DNA of 64,000 nucleotides, taken from Macrostomum lignano (lineage: Eukaryota). Numbering within the stretch: position 1 is the stretch's first letter; every line of letters starts with the position of its first letter. Positions 1-17,300 of the stretch are shown piece after piece. Both the position numbers and the translations under genes were made by a program. The stretch covers positions 186,001-250,000 of the forward strand of contig NIVC01000556.1 of NCBI GenBank assembly GCA_002269645.1. Direction: 5' to 3'. The notes beneath the pieces were generated by a model. That model was not told where the DNA came from. It was given only the letters and a program-made list of their open reading frames with translations, and did no database searches.

Positions 1-249
1 GAGGGGCGGCCGCCTTCCCCTTGTGGCTGGCAATGATGGCGCCCCTTTTCCATTTGTGCTGGCAGTCTCAATATTATCATATTCAGAACTATAAAACTTT
101 GAATGGACGGAGTTATTAAATCCGAAACAGGGAAAGAGACACAGTAGTGCCAGAAAAACAAAAGCATAGAAGTTGCCTCGCTAACTTCATGCTATTAGAT
201 CAGGTAGTCATCAAAAAAGGTCCTTATCGCCTTCAGTTTGCTCATTATG

Positions 250-845
250 GCGCCCCTCTCGTGTACATTATGGTGTCCCTCTAGTGTACATTATGGTGTC
301 CCTCTAGTGTATATTATGGCGCCCCTCTAGTGTACATTATGGTGTCCCTCTAGTGTACATTATGGTGTCCCTCTAGTGTACATTATGGTGTCCCTCTAGT
401 GTATATTATGGCGCCCCTCTAGTGTACATTATGGTGTCCCTCTAGTGTACATTATGGTGTCCCTCTAGTGTACATTATGGTGTCCCTCTAGTGTACATTA
501 TGGTGTCCCTCTAGCGTACATTATGGCGCCCCTCTAGTGTACATTATGGTGTCCCTCTAGTGTACATTATGGCGCCCCTCTAGTGTACATTATGGCGCCC
601 CTCTAGTGTACATTATGGTGTCCCTCTAGTGTACATTATGGTGTCCCTCTAGTGTACATTATGGTGTCCCTCTAGTGTACATTATGGTGTCCCTCTAGCG
701 TACATTATGGCGCCCCTCTAGTGTACATTATGGTGTCCCTCTAGTGTACATTATGGCGCCCCTCTAGTGTACATTATGGCGCCCCTCTAGTGTACATTAT
801 GGTGTCCCTCTAGTGTACATTATGGTGTCCCTCTAGTGTATAATG
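250..845. repeat. 23-bp minisatellite (TGGTGTCCCTCTAGTGTACATTA), about 25 copies
   Basis: Direct 23-nt periodicity with TGTCC/CGCCC variants. Confidence 0.95.
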
Positions 846-1010
846 TAGCCTAGCACCCACACTCTTATGGTAAAAATCCGCCGTTTCCGCATTTTATATT
901 TCAAAATCCGCCTCTGGGACTTTAAGCGAGAAGCCAGAAGGCAAGTAGAAATGACCATGACCAACGCACACGCTCACACGGGCTTTTACAACGGCCCTGA
1001 GTTTCTGCTA

Positions 1011-1559
1011 TCACTCAAGCAATATCCTGTGTCCAAACCTCACCATTCGATGCAAGCTTCTTAGTCGGACTGGCACACCCTCGGAATCCGCGGAATCCAG
1101 CGAAGCAAATGAGGACAAAGGAGTAGCGGCTGAAGCGGAATTGCTGGACACGGCAGCCACAGATGCAGTTGACGTCGCCGATGATCCTTCAAATTTTGCT
1201 GACGAATCGCTTGGACCAACTTTTCCACTGCCATTAGGGGCACAACGATAATTCTTTAACTCGCGCAGAAATCTTAACTGTTCGCATTCGACATCAACTT
1301 CGGCGGCTCTGCATTCCGTTTGACGCAGGGCGTCCTGTGCGTCGGTTAGACTGCAACGTAGGCTGGCATTCTCGCGCGCTAAAGAGCGCGCTTGGGCGCG
1401 CAGTTCGGCACGCTGAGACTCTAACTGCAGGATGCGTTCGGCTGACACAGCCAATAACTGGGCTGCATCGGATGCCTCTGAAGCTGAAGTTGATGAACTA
1501 AACTCCTTCAGGTGCTCAACAACTGAGCAAGCTGTATGGAGAAGCTGTTGCAAATCAGA
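1011..1559 (-). CDS. Coiled-coil protein, possibly divergent SIKE1/FGFR1OP2 family (main exon; 5' end incomplete)
   Basis: 180-codon GC-rich ORF with acceptor tttcag|TCT at 1560/1559. LQQLLHTACSVVEHLKEF and LARENASLRCSLTDAQDAL resemble the SIKE-family segments IEKALADAKALVERLRDH and LQQENKELRTSLEEHQSAL (recalled, not searched). Possible in-frame 21-nt upstream exon 1601-1621. A donor-like gtgagg near 1042 means the 3' end is also uncertain. Confidence 0.55.
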   Translation of the reverse strand, partial: SDLQQLLHTACSVVEHLKEFSSSTSASEASDAAQLLAVSAERILQLESQRAELRAQARSLARENASLRCSLTDAQDALRQTECRAAEVDVECEQLRFLRELKNYRCAPNGSGKVGPSDSSAKFEGSSATSTASVAAVSSNSASAATPLSSFASLDSADSEGVPVRLRSLHRMVRFGHRILLE

Positions 1560-3808
1560 CTGAAATATCAGTTTAATTGCAATTTCACTTTAATAGAAAC
1601 CTGATGATAATTTGCAGGAAGCTGAAAAACAAACTGAATCCAATTGACAAAAAGTACCTAAAAACAAATTAAATTAATTTTTTTGTATGAAAAAGTTGCT
1701 GAAACAAAAAATTAACTAATTTATAAGTCTAACTATAAATTCATTTGAAAAAAAACCTTTGTTATAAAAAAATTACGAGGAATGTAACTTTTCATAGTTT
1801 AAATCACCATTTGTTATAAAGCTACGATTTAGGCTAAATATTCATTTTATAAAATAGATTTAAATCGATATAACCTACTATCAAAATCAAAAGAAATTAC
1901 AAATAATACAAATACTAGGCCTATAAAACCCACCCATATGAGTCATGGAGTTATAAGCTTTAAAGTTTGCTAAATTTGCAGTGCCAAAACTTGAGATTTG
2001 GGGGTTTGAGTAATTCTTTATACAATACTATGACTATAAATAATATTGCAAAAGTGAGACTGTAATTTTAGCTCAGCTGTAAACTTAAAAAAATTTGGCT
2101 AGGTAGTTAGAAAGTCGATTTGGTTACTGAACATAACTGAAGTCAAGACTCTCGATTTTAATTATATGATATCACTCAAAAACATCTAAAATGTTAAGTG
2201 TCTGCATGAAAATCTTACAATCAGGACAACTGTAGATAGTAAAAATGTATGAATATATCAGTCCAAAAGCATAGAATTTCATGTAGCAGATATAGATAGA
2301 TCTTTAATGCTAACTGCTTTTGGGTTATACTTTACTCGAGTTGCTTTGAAAGGTAATTATAGCACATGCTAAGGTCAAGGATAAGAGATTTAGTACATTA
2401 AATTTAGCTGAAAACCTGAATGTATGCATAGAGCATATTTTGGAGCCCACGGCCACAGTAACTACAGCTTAGTACAGTGTTTAGAAGTTTTTAAAAATGT
2501 TTTAAAGTTGTTTTAAGATTATCAAATACTAGCATTTTTTCTAATTGGATCCTCGATCCCCAGATAAAAAATTAATCTTATAATTAATCTTGAACGATTT
2601 ATAATTTTATAATTCTGGATCCAACTCGATCAGGCTCGCGACTCGTCGGACTCGATAAAAGAAAGCAATTTTCAAAATTCCAAAAACTTTAGTTTCATTG
2701 ACTGATTTAAAAAAGTTTAAACAGTATTTTCCAATTTCAATTTTTTCCTTTAATAATTGCTATATTTTACTTATTTTAAATTTTCAGCAATATATACAGA
2801 AAGAAATTTTGTTTACATGCGACAGATTCGGCAAGAAATTTAATATTATCTATCTTCTTTAATAAAAAATTTAGGCTGACGTTTTTTTAAATTCTCCAAT
2901 AAATCTTCAGCAGCAACATTCTGAACGGAATTTCACCTTCAGTGACTTTAATTAAAGTGGTTGACTTCTTTATAATTTTTATTTTATTTGGACCACTGTC
3001 GTACTAAAGTAAATTTCTGAACCATTAGGGAGTAACCAAACATTGTCCAGGTTGTCGTTAGTGTAAATTCTGTATGTGAAAGCCCACTTTGTTTAGGCCT
3101 ACATCTCGATCTCAGATACCAGCATAGACAATATTACGAGCTAGTTGCCCTGCTTTTGCTGGTTTCCTGATTATATATTAGGCGCCGTAGGAGTTAATTT
3201 ATATCTACACTTCTGTCTCTGCATTTTGCATATTGTATGCCTTGGTGGTTCTAGTAGGGCCTATTATGGGCCTATTATTAGTTAGGACCTAATGTTAGTT
3301 AGGGGCTTCAGCTCAGCCTCAGCCTCAGCTCAGCCTCAGGCCTATTCTAGGGTGGAAATTTATCCCAAAAGTTAATAATGCATTCTGTGCATTAGGCCTA
3401 AAAAAACTTCAATGTGCATTAGTGCATATACACAAACTTCTAGGCTCTTGATATAATGTACAATCTAACCTATAATGCAATTCAATTTCAAATATTTTAT
3501 TTAGTACTTCTTACTTTGTTTAAACAAAAATATTTTTTTAAAATGTTTTTATTTAGTTTTTGCTTTAGTTTTTGCTTTTAGTTTTATTCCTCTTTGTAAA
3601 TATATAAAATCAAGTAATGCTAATTATTATTTAGCTTTAAAGGATATTTAAATTAGGACAAAATACTCATTGAAGAATATCCAATAGCTAATAAAAAACC
3701 AAAATGATCAAGAAATTGACAAAACTATTACTAAAACAATAATAGCTATAGCCTGCCTTTTATTTCTTATAAAATATTTCTATTTTATTTATTAAATTGC
3801 TATTTAAG

Positions 3809-4658
3809 TAGGGATTGCAATCTCGGGATTTCTAGTCCCGGGATTTGGGGTCCTGAATCTTAAGACTAATTTTTGCTATTATTTTTACAAAAGGTGTTGA
3901 AATATAAACATAATTGGGCCTACATAGTGGTATACCTGGGGGGAAGGGTATATGGAGATATATCCCCCATTTTGATGATTTTATAGGAAATGAAAATAAT
4001 GTTTTTTTGAAAAAAGCAAAATAACTATTAAAATGTTTTAAACAATATTTCCATGAATCTTTAGTTTCTTAAATGCCATAGACAGGACAGACATCTGGTA
4101 GCTTTATTTTGATTTTAATAAAGAAAAGTTTTTTACTCTAATAAACATGGTTTCTGTACTTTTTAAATGTATCTTTGAAGCAAAAAATGCTAAAAACAAT
4201 TTTTTTGTCTAGACTTTTATCCCTAAAAGTTATCCCCCCCCCTTTTCAAAATCTTAAGTATGGCACTAGGCCCACAATTAGTTTATTATACTGTGCTAAT
4301 TTCTATTAACTGCTTCCCATTGCATAGTGCCTTTTTAAACCCCACATCACAGATTTAAATGGGAAATTTTTTCCAATATAAATTTTACTATATGATTTGA
4401 TTCTTTACTACTAATAAGTAATTTTATACTATTTACTTAAATACATCACAAGATAATGCTGTTTTTCATCTACAAATAGATCATTATCTATCTTTATAAC
4501 AAAAAATATAAGCAAAAAATGTTTAGTGAATATTTTGCCTTAAAATTTTAACTTAGAAGCTTAAAAATCCATATTTTTCTGATCCTGGGATTGGCCAAAT
4601 TCTTGGATTAAATCCTGGGATCCCGGGATCGCAAAAAAGCAGGATTTTGCTATCTTTA
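3809..4658. mobile_element. hAT-type MITE (old) carrying a nested MITE
   Basis: 8-bp TSD TATTTAAG (3801-3808 and 4659-4666); TIR TAGGGATTGCAA versus degenerate TTGCTATCTTTA; subterminal CGGGAT motifs. Confidence 0.7.
3925..4268. mobile_element. Nested hAT-type MITE
   Basis: Ends TAGTGGTATAC...GTATGGCACTA; flanks GGCCTACA / GGCCCACA (7/8 TSD). Confidence 0.6.
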
Positions 4659-6635
4659 TATTTAAGTTAAGAAGAATATTTAAATTGGGACAAAATACTA
4701 ATTGAGTCATATTTAATACTAATTAATATAAAAAGACAAAATCAATTAACTTACTTTACAATAACTATTGCTAATAAAACAATATAATAGTAACTATTTA
4801 TCTATACTCTAAATACTAAAAGTGGTGCAATGATTGTCTGTATGTATATGTGTTGCAATTTTTCTCCTAGACTAATTGCAATTTAGCATTGAAACTTATA
4901 TGGGAAATAAATCTCGAATCTTATACCATTCTATGTTTTATAGCATATATGAACCTATCTGACTTTCTATACTTTAAAAATATGCTTTTCAGTATTAGTA
5001 TTGACTGTCAATTAGTTGTACGAGCATACTCAACAGAATCATATGAAAAATGCTTATTAGGTTTAGATTATTAAAAAACCAAAATGATTGAAACTAGAAA
5101 CTCAAAACAAAGTCTTCTAAAAGTACTAAAGATTGAAGAAATATACTGATAAACGCAATCTAGCTATCTATATAAATAATATGGATGTAAGGAATGCTAG
5201 AAATAACAGTTTCTTGTGTTTCATATAACAGAAATGGCAACACTGAATATTTAAACTCCAATTAAAGTAGACAGAGCAGACCCCTTGGTGAACTTTGCGC
5301 TTCCCAGTGAGACATAAGAGACATGAAAAACAGTTTAAAAATATAAATGTACCTAAATATTTTTGCTATTTGACCACTTATTGTGTAAAAGTCTAACTTC
5401 ACATGCAGTATTTCTTGCTTTTACATAAAAATATATTTTAAAATGCATTTGTTGTGTTTTTATTTGTTATTCCAATTATAGCCCCCATAATAAAATTGAC
5501 ATGTATTTCTATAAAAAAAATATTAGCATCTTATTCAGCCTGTCAAATTTTTGATTTGCATACCTCTCAGATGCTTTTTTAATACTTTAGGATTTGGTAC
5601 TGGCTGGTACCAACTGGTACACTATATCAGTACGTACTATTGCAGGTGGGGAAATGCAGCTATAGTCAAGTAGCCAAAAAATTATTATAGTCCTTGCAAT
5701 TCATAGTAGCAAAACACATTTATTCATCTTTTGGTAGTCACATTAGCACTACATAATATCTATAATAATGAATTATATTACTTTAATTATAAGTTGATAA
5801 AAAGCACATAAAATTCTCAATATAAACATCCTATATACTTGTTATACCATATATTTTATACTAAATATTATACAACTTGACTAAAGAAAATTTAATGTCA
5901 AATTATATAAAAATAAAAATAGCTGCTACATAGTTGTTTATTATATTCTCCTCTACTTGCAAACAATGTTGCTATTGTCAATTTGTCCAAGCAAGCAAAT
6001 GGATTGCTTTAAGTTTATTGATTAATGCTAGTCTGATTTAGACTAAAATAGTAACCTTAAAATCTGAATGTTTAGTTGTATAGTTTGCAGTGTTCAGCAA
6101 TATAATTGTTGGTCTTTTGTCTATAGCTACTGATTAGAAGTGTGATTTCAACTGTAGTCCATGTAGTTTTTTAGCTATAAAAATATTATAGGATACATGA
6201 ATTATTTTAATATATATATAAATAATTCTTTATATAGGTCATTTCTATTGACTTTATATATTTTTAAAAGATATAGTGCTTAATCAAAAAGTACATGTTC
6301 TACCTTTTGTAGCATTTAATTAATCTTCTTTCTGATATGCTAACTAGCTAGACATTCTTGTTTATTCCATAGAAATAACATAATTTTTTAGCTCTAACTA
6401 TAATCTAAATTAATGCTTGTGTTAAACACAAAATATAGTTTAAACTTTCTGCTTATTAACTGATTAATGAGTTGATTTGTACCCTAAATGCTTGCATAAT
6501 AATGCTATGTTACACCATGTTATTTTTGTGGTAATTTTTTTTTCTGTATGGAACAAATGTTAATGAAATACTTATTCAATATATCGAATTGATGAACTGC
6601 TAGTCTTCAAATTAAATACAATTAGCAATAGTACA

Positions 6636-9595
<2,960 letters not shown>

Positions 9596-10784
9596 TATAG
9601 TAGCGTTGACCTTGAAATGACCTTTGGAGGAATTCGATTCGTTTTGTTCCCGTTTTTTGTTGTTTTTTGGTACTTAGAACTTTAAAAATAGGATATTTTA
9701 ATAAACTGTAAATGTCCCAAACCTCACATTTTTACGTAGAATTAAAATGATATTTGGCACTGTATTTCCCAGAATCCCATTGTTGTTTATGGGAATTATT
9801 TTGGATATTTGACCGTGTAATCTCCCAGAATCCCATTGTTGATTATGGGGATTATTTGGGATATTTGAGACTGTAGAAATCCCCCAGAATCCCATTGTAC
9901 GAGTAGATTTTTGGAATTATTTGGGATGTTTGACACTGTAGAAATCTCCCAGAATTTCATTATTTATTGGGATATTGACTAATATTTACCAACTTAACTA
10001 ATTAACCTTGCTGTGCCTCCTACGGATCTGATTTATGGTGTAATCTGTCATGCGGCAAGCCATGTTATTACTTATTAATTATTTGCCCGAAATTGAAAAA
10101 TTAATTGTGCAAATTGGCATGCAAATAGCTTTTTTGATTGAGAATTTTTTTGCTTCTCTCCGTTGCTTCTGCTTATATTAAGCTGATAGCTTACTGTTTT
10201 CGACTGCAATATTAATCGAATTTTTAATAAATGTACAAAAGTTATAACAAATGTTCGAGTCGCGTTTTTTTTCTCTGTATAATTTTGTTATACTTGAACC
10301 GCTTGCCTGTTGGTGTTGTGCTTTTCGTTCACGGCATTGTTATTATATAAAATCATAAATATAATTAGGTTTTTCATAATTAATACTCAACATAAGCCGT
10401 TGCTGTTGTTATACGAATAGCTTTTTTTCGTAGAATTTTTTTCCATTTCTGCCTGGTTCACTCATTTTTCATAGCAGCTAAGTTTAAATACTCACAATTG
10501 AGCTGTATATGAATTATTTATTAATTCTGAATGTTTGTGACTCCTGCGTGTTTTAAAGTTTGAAAATATTAAGAAACCATTTTGTGCAAATAAGCAATTT
10601 TTGCTGTTATATATACACATATTACATTGACCATACCATATTTGTCTTTTCAATTATATAATAGCTTCAACTGCTATTCTGCGTGTGTGTCCGCTGTGGT
10701 TAGACATCTGTGCAGCGTTTTGCCTGCTTTTTATTTTCTACTGCAACAGAGCAGCCATCGGCCAAGCTGTACTTACTAACCACC

Positions 10785-11098
10785 TAGCAACCAGGTGCTT
10801 CAGCATAGCAACCAGGTGCTTCGGCAAAGCAACCAGGTGCTTCAACATAGCAACCAGATGCCTCAGCATAGCAACCAGGTGCTTCAGCATAGCAACCAGG
10901 TGCTTCGGCAAAGCAACCAGGTGCTTCAACATAGCAACCAGGTGCTTCAGCATAGCAACCAGATGCTTCTGCATAGCAACCAGATGCTTCACGATAGCAA
11001 CCAGACGCTTCAGCATGGAAAACAGATGCTTCAGCATAGCAACCAGGTGGTTCAGCATAGCAACCAGGTGGTTCAACATAGCAACCAGATGCTTCTTC
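10785..11098. repeat. 21-bp minisatellite (TAGCAACCAGGTGCTTCAGCA), about 15 copies
   Basis: 21-nt periodicity; gives stop-free heptad ORFs on both strands. Confidence 0.9.
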
Positions 11099-12699
11099 AT
11101 CTTAGAAGCTGTCTCTATAGCTCTAGCTCATGTCATGAATTAAAAAAGTCATTAGTAAAAAGCCCATGAACAGCATTGAGCAGTAATTTTTTATTTAATA
11201 TACTGGTTTAGAAGCGCATGGGGTAAAAGTTATTTCATTATATTTGTAATAATTAGCATGCGATTATCAGGGAAATCCTTCTGAAAGTACAATGTGCGCT
11301 AATTAATTGGAAGACGATTCTAATTCACAGTCATAAATTTAGCAAAGAAAAAGGCAGCTAACGGGGCAAAGGCGACGCGCGCCTGAAGGGTTGGCTGAAA
11401 ATAATTTACTAATGATAATGAGCATATGCATATGATATATAATAGCACCAACTTAGTGAAATAACAAGACGGTTGTGCAACACATTAACACTGGGTTGGA
11501 TAAAATGTAACAAATCAATTTTAAACAAGAAATCATATATTCCGATTAAGAGCTAAAATGATTTCCGATTAACATATCAACTACCGGATTAGCGCCTTTA
11601 TGGATTGCTGATAAATTAGACTCAATACGAATGTCTCATTAGACCAAGTGAGATGAGTTTGTTTAAGATATCGTGAGTGAATAGAGGTTCGATGAAAGGT
11701 TTCTTTCGGGTAGGATACACTGGGGGATGGATTGTACATTTAGGGGGGGGGGTGGGCAGAGCTGAGTGTACATTTGGGGCAGAGATTTTGTCGGGGGAAA
11801 GCGTGTACATTTGGAGCGGGAGTCTGATGGAGACGGGAGTGTACACTGAGGGCAGAGGTTTCGCGCACAAATAGGCAAATGTAAAGGAAAGTTTGCCGCT
11901 CTGGCTGTCTCTATAACAAAGGGCCTCGCTAGTGATGTTTTTGCGTAAAAACGTGGCCAATAAGAAGCTCAGAAGTTTTTATTTGTGCAGTACATTATTA
12001 ATATGGGACAATCAAATGGTTGCTTTTTTACCAGAAAAAATAATTACAATTCTATAAACAAATTAAAATAATTAACAGAATCACAAATTTTACTGCAAAT
12101 GATATGCTACAAATTGGTTTAAAAATGTAAAAGTGTTATGAAGCAGGCTATAAAAAGCATTAAGTGACCACGAGAAAAAGAATATATATATATACTGCAG
12201 ATTTAAAGCGATTCAGTGAGCGTGTGAAGCAAATTGCTTTTACAATGGAAGCAAAATAAAAACTCGCTTTCTCAAACGAAGGGAAGACAAAATTAGAGAA
12301 TTGAAACTTGGATACGAACGCGAAAAAAGACGACAATAGAAACATTTAAGTAAGATTACGACAAAGATCTCATTTCAGACTTTGGGAAGATCAAACAAGT
12401 GTTTGAAACAGATAATGAAATAGAAAATAATATAACAAATATAATCACAATCATAGCACAGGAACAAAGTGGATATACTGATAGGCATAGCAAGCGTGCT
12501 CGTGTGCATGGCAACAATATGTATCTATTGTGATGGAGAAGCGGTAGAAAATATTATTACCAATTTTTGGCCTAATGCGGGATAAAAATGTAATATAAAC
12601 TTGTAGAAAAGACAGGCAGGTATAAAATTTTGTTTATAAATTTATTACAAATAGGTGTTCTTGCTTGCGCAAAAAACTGTCTTCGGCGCGGAAAAAAAA

Positions 12700-12960
12700 C
12701 TTCCCAGCTACAGACTTTTCCGAGCTACAAAGACTCTTACACGCTCTACAAAGACTCTTCCCAGCTACAGACTTTTCCGAGCTACAAAGACTCTTACACG
12801 CTCTACAAAGACTCTTCCCAGTTACAAAGACTTACACGCTCTACAACGACTCTTTCCCAGCTCGTACACGCTCTACAAAGACTCCTTCAAGCTGCAGACT
12901 CTTCCAAGCTACAAAGACGCTTTCCAGCAACTAAGACTCTTCCAAACTACAGACTCTGGC
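12700..12960. repeat. Degenerate CTACAAAGACTCTTCCCAG repeat, cluster 1
   Basis: Recurring motif; same family as 13585-13950. Confidence 0.8.
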
Positions 12961-13584
12961 CAAAAGATAAATAAAATTTAAATTCTTAATGTTCTACAAA
13001 TACTCATATTTCAGTTTTGAGGCCTCCATTTTATGGACTATATAAACTGAACAAAGACCTGTTTGGGACTTTTTAATACAACACATTCCATTAAAATACA
13101 GCTAAGGCAGCAAAAAAGTACAATTGTAAAAGTTACAATTCATAAACACAAAAACCCTATACCTAGCTTGAATATAAAGTCGCAAAATTAAGAACCAATA
13201 TGTATAGTTAGTTAATACGAGTATATATATATATATTGATATATTTTGATGCGATATTAAACCACCGGAAGGAGCTGCAAAAACATACGGGCAGAACCAC
13301 CTTTGATGGATAAAAAGGTAATAAAATCAACCAGAAGATAAAAAACAAGGCAAACACACGAAGCGCTACGCAATTTCTAATGCGATTCAAATCCGATTTT
13401 TTTGTAGTCAGGTTGAATCAATTAGTCTAGTTAAATATATGTATGATTAAAATAACGCAACACAATACGCAAAAAAGCAAGCTTAATTTTTTTAATTTAG
13501 AAAAACAATTTGGTTCACAAGTTTTGTATATATTCCCTAGATAGATCAATCAGCCGCTGGAGCTGCAGGACGTCCAACTAGAGA

Positions 13585-13950
13585 CTTCCAAGTTAGACTC
13601 TTCCCAGCAACAAAGACTCTTCCAAGCTACAAAGAGTCTTGCAAGATACAGAGTCTTGCAAGATACAAAGACATTTTCAAACTACAAAGACTCTTCCAAG
13701 CTACAAAGACTCTTCCCAGCAACAAAGACTCCCGCAAGCTACAGACTCTTCCCAGCTACAAAGACTCCTGCAAGCTAAAACTCTTCCAAGCTGCAAAGAC
13801 TTCCCAGCAACAAAGGCTCTTCCTAGCTACAAAGACTCTTCCCAACTACAAAGACTCTTGTAAGCTAAGTCTCTTTTAAGCTACAAAGACGTCCCAGCAA
13901 CAGACTTTCCAGCTACAAAGGCTCTTCCAAGCGACAAAGATTACAAGACT
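13585..13950. repeat. Degenerate CTACAAAGACTCTTCCCAG repeat, cluster 2
   Basis: Same motif as 12700-12960, same orientation. Confidence 0.8.
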
Positions 13951-14313
13951 AACACACTAACAAGACTAACAAAGATTAACACACTGTTTCCAGTAACGAA
14001 GATTCTCGAATTTGATCAACTAAATTATCAACTTCACTAATAAAATCAATATCAACTTGTTTGAGAAAGCGATGAGACCAGACCTTGGAATTATTATTCA
14101 GCAACAAAGTTATATTATTATTCACTCTCGTATTTTTAAACACACTGTAGGTTTCGCTGTCCAATGCTAGGTTGGCTCGCCTTTTAAAATCTTGATCATC
14201 TTTGTTGAATTTCATTCTATGACTCTGCTTGCTCAATAGCCTATCTACTAAGTATGCATGATAAGATCTATAGTTGACTGATACTGTTCTGTCATTGTCA
14301 CTTCATCTGTCAA

Positions 14314-17300
14314 TCAAACATCGCCCATATAAGCGGTGGGCACGTATCCCTGTTCGTCAGTGTTGCCAGCAGTCCTTTGAACCAGCGTCCAATCCGCATC
14401 GCCAGACAGTACGTACAATCGTTCCCCGGCAACCACGGCCAAGTTGTCTGACTGGCTCGGATCGTTGAAGTCATATAGCATAGCAACTATGGGCAGCGCC
14501 GGGGCTGCAACCGCCGAGGGTGGCGGAGGCACCGGAGGCGCCTGCGGCGGTCCGGCGGCACCCGCAGACGTCGCCACCGGCTGCGGCTGAGCCGGCGAAA
14601 CCGGCGATTCGTCAGCGAATTCGTCGGCAAAAGCTGAGGCACTGCTGGTGTTTTGGCTGCTGGATTAATGGGTGGGTTGAAGTTAGTTTACTTTTCAGGG
14701 GATCGAAGGGCGGTTTATGAGCTCGACAGTGATTCACAAGCTCAAACCTCCACGAGTTCGAAGATTCTCAAGCTCGAAACTTCACGAGTTCGAAGATTTA
14801 CAAGCTCGAAACTTCACGAGTTCGAAGATTCTCAAGCTCGAAACTTCACGAGTTCGAAGATTTACAAGCTCGAAACTTCACGAGTTCGAAGATTTACAAG
14901 CTTAAACCTCCACGAGTTCGAAGATTTACAAGCTCAAACCTCCACGAGTTCAAAGATTTACAAGCTCAAACCTCCACGAGTTCAAAGATTTACAAGCTCA
15001 AACCTCCACGAGTTCGAAGATTCACAAGCTCAAACCTCCACGAGTTCGAAGATTTACAAGCTCAAACCTCCACGAGTTCGAAGATTTACAAGCTCAAAAC
15101 TTCACGAGTTCGAAGATTTACAAGCTCAAAACTTCACGAGTTCAAAGATTCAAAAGCTCAAAACTTCACTAGTTCAAAGATTCAAAAGCTCAAACCTCCA
15201 CGAGTTCGAAGGTTCACAAGCTCAAAACTTCACGAGTTCAAAGATTCACAAGATCAAAACTTCACGAGTTCAAAGATTCACAAGATCAAAACTTCACGAG
15301 TTCAAAGATTCACAAGATCAAAACTTCACGAGTTCAAAGATTCACAAGATCAAAACTTCACGAGTTCAAAGATTCACAAGATCAAAACTTCACGAGTTCA
15401 AAGATTCACAAGATCAAAACTTCACGAGTTCGAAGATTTACAAGCTTAAACCTCCACGAGTTCGAAGATTTACAAGCTCAAACCTCCACGAGTTCAAAGA
15501 TTCACAAGCTCAAAACTTCACGAGTTCAAAGATTTACAAGCTCGAAACTTCACGAGTTCGAAGATTTACAAGCTTAAACCTCCACGAGTTTGAATATTTA
15601 CAAGCTCAAAACTCCACGAGTTCGAAGATTTACAAGCTCAAACCTCCACGAGTTCAAAGATTCACAAGCTCAAAACTTCACGAGTTCAAAGATTTACAAG
15701 CTCAACCCTCCACGAGTTCGAAGATTCAAAAGCTCAAACCTCCACGAGTTCGAAGGTTCACAAGCTCAAACCTCCACGAGTTCAAAGATTCACAAGATCA
15801 AAACTTCACGAGTTCAAAGATTTACAAGCTCAAACCTCCACGAGTTCGAAGATTTACAAGCTTAAACCTCCACGAGTTCGAAGATTTACAAGCTTAAACC
15901 TCCACGAGTTCGAAGATTCTCAAGCTCAAAACTTCACGAGTTCGAAGATTCTCAAGCTCAAAACTTCACGAGTTCAAAGATTCACAAGATCAAAACTTCA
16001 CGAGTTCAAAGATTCACAAGATCAAAACTTCACGAGTTCAAAGATTCACAAGATCAAAACTTCACGAGTTCAAAGATTCACAAGATCAAAACTTCACGAG
16101 TTCAAAGATTCACAAGATCAAAACTTCACGAGTTCAAAGATTCACAAGATCAAAACTTCACGAGTTCGAAGATTTACAAGCTTAAACCTCCACGAGTTCG
16201 AAGATTTACAAGCTCAAACCTCCACGAGTTCAAAGATTCACAAGCTCAAAACTTCACGAGTTCAAAGATTTACAAGCTCGAAACTTCACGAGTTCGAAGA
16301 TTTACAAGCTTAAACCTCCACGAGTTTGAATATTTACAAGCTCAAAACTCCACGAGTTCGAAGATTTACAAGCTCAAACCTCCACGAGTTCAAAGATTCA
16401 CAAGCTCAAAACTTCACGAGTTCAAAGATTTACAAGCTCAACCCTCCTCGAGTTCGAAGATTCAAAAGCTCAAACCTCCACGAGTTCGAAGGTTCACAAG
16501 CTCAAACCTCCACGAGTTCAAAGATTCACAAGATCAAAACTTCACGAGTTCAAAGATTCACAAGATCAAACCTCCACGAGTTCAAAGATTCACAAGCTCA
16601 AACCTCCACGAGTTCAAAGATTCACAAGATCAAAACTTCACGAGTTCAAAGATTTACAAGCTCAAACCTCCACGAGTTCGAAGATTTACAAGCTTAAACC
16701 TCCACGAGTTCGAAGATTTACAAGCTTAAACCTCCACGAGTTCGAAGATTCTCAAGCTCAAAACTTCACGAGTTCGAAGATTCTCAAGCTCAAAACTTCA
16801 CGAGTTCAAAGATTCACAAGCTCGAAACTTCACGAGTTCGAAGATTCACAAGCTCGAAACTTCACGAGTTCGAAGATTTACAAGCTCAAAACTTCACGAG
16901 TTCGAAGATTCACAAGCTCAAACCTCCACGAGTTCGAAGATTTACAAGCTTAAACCTCCACGAGTTCGAAGATTCTCAAGCTCAAAACTTCACGAGTTCG
17001 AAGATTTACAAGCTTAAACCTCCACGAGTTCGAAGATTTACAAGCTTAAACCTCCACGAGTTCGAAGATTTACAAGCTTAAACCTCCACGAGTTCGAAGA
17101 TTTACAAGCTTAAACCTCCACGAGTTCGAAGATTTACAAGCTTAAACCTCCACGAGTTCGAAGATTTACAAGCTTAAACCTCCACGAGTTCGAAGATTTA
17201 CAAGCTTAAACCTCCACGAGTTCGAAGATTTACAAGCTTAAACCTCCACGAGTTCGAAGATTTACAAGCTTAAACCTCCACGAGTTCGAAGATTTACAAG

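Noticed and set aside
10685-11169. Heptad ORFs (LQHSNQV / KHLVAML / ATRCFSI) resembling coiled-coil or antifreeze repeats
   Set aside because: 21-bp minisatellite open in several frames, no ATG start or convincing splice context.
14653-15897. 414-aa plus-strand ORF (and 15590, 16326 ORFs)
   Set aside because: Translation of the 32-bp array, which lacks stops except in the CTTAAAC variant; lies antisense within an intron.
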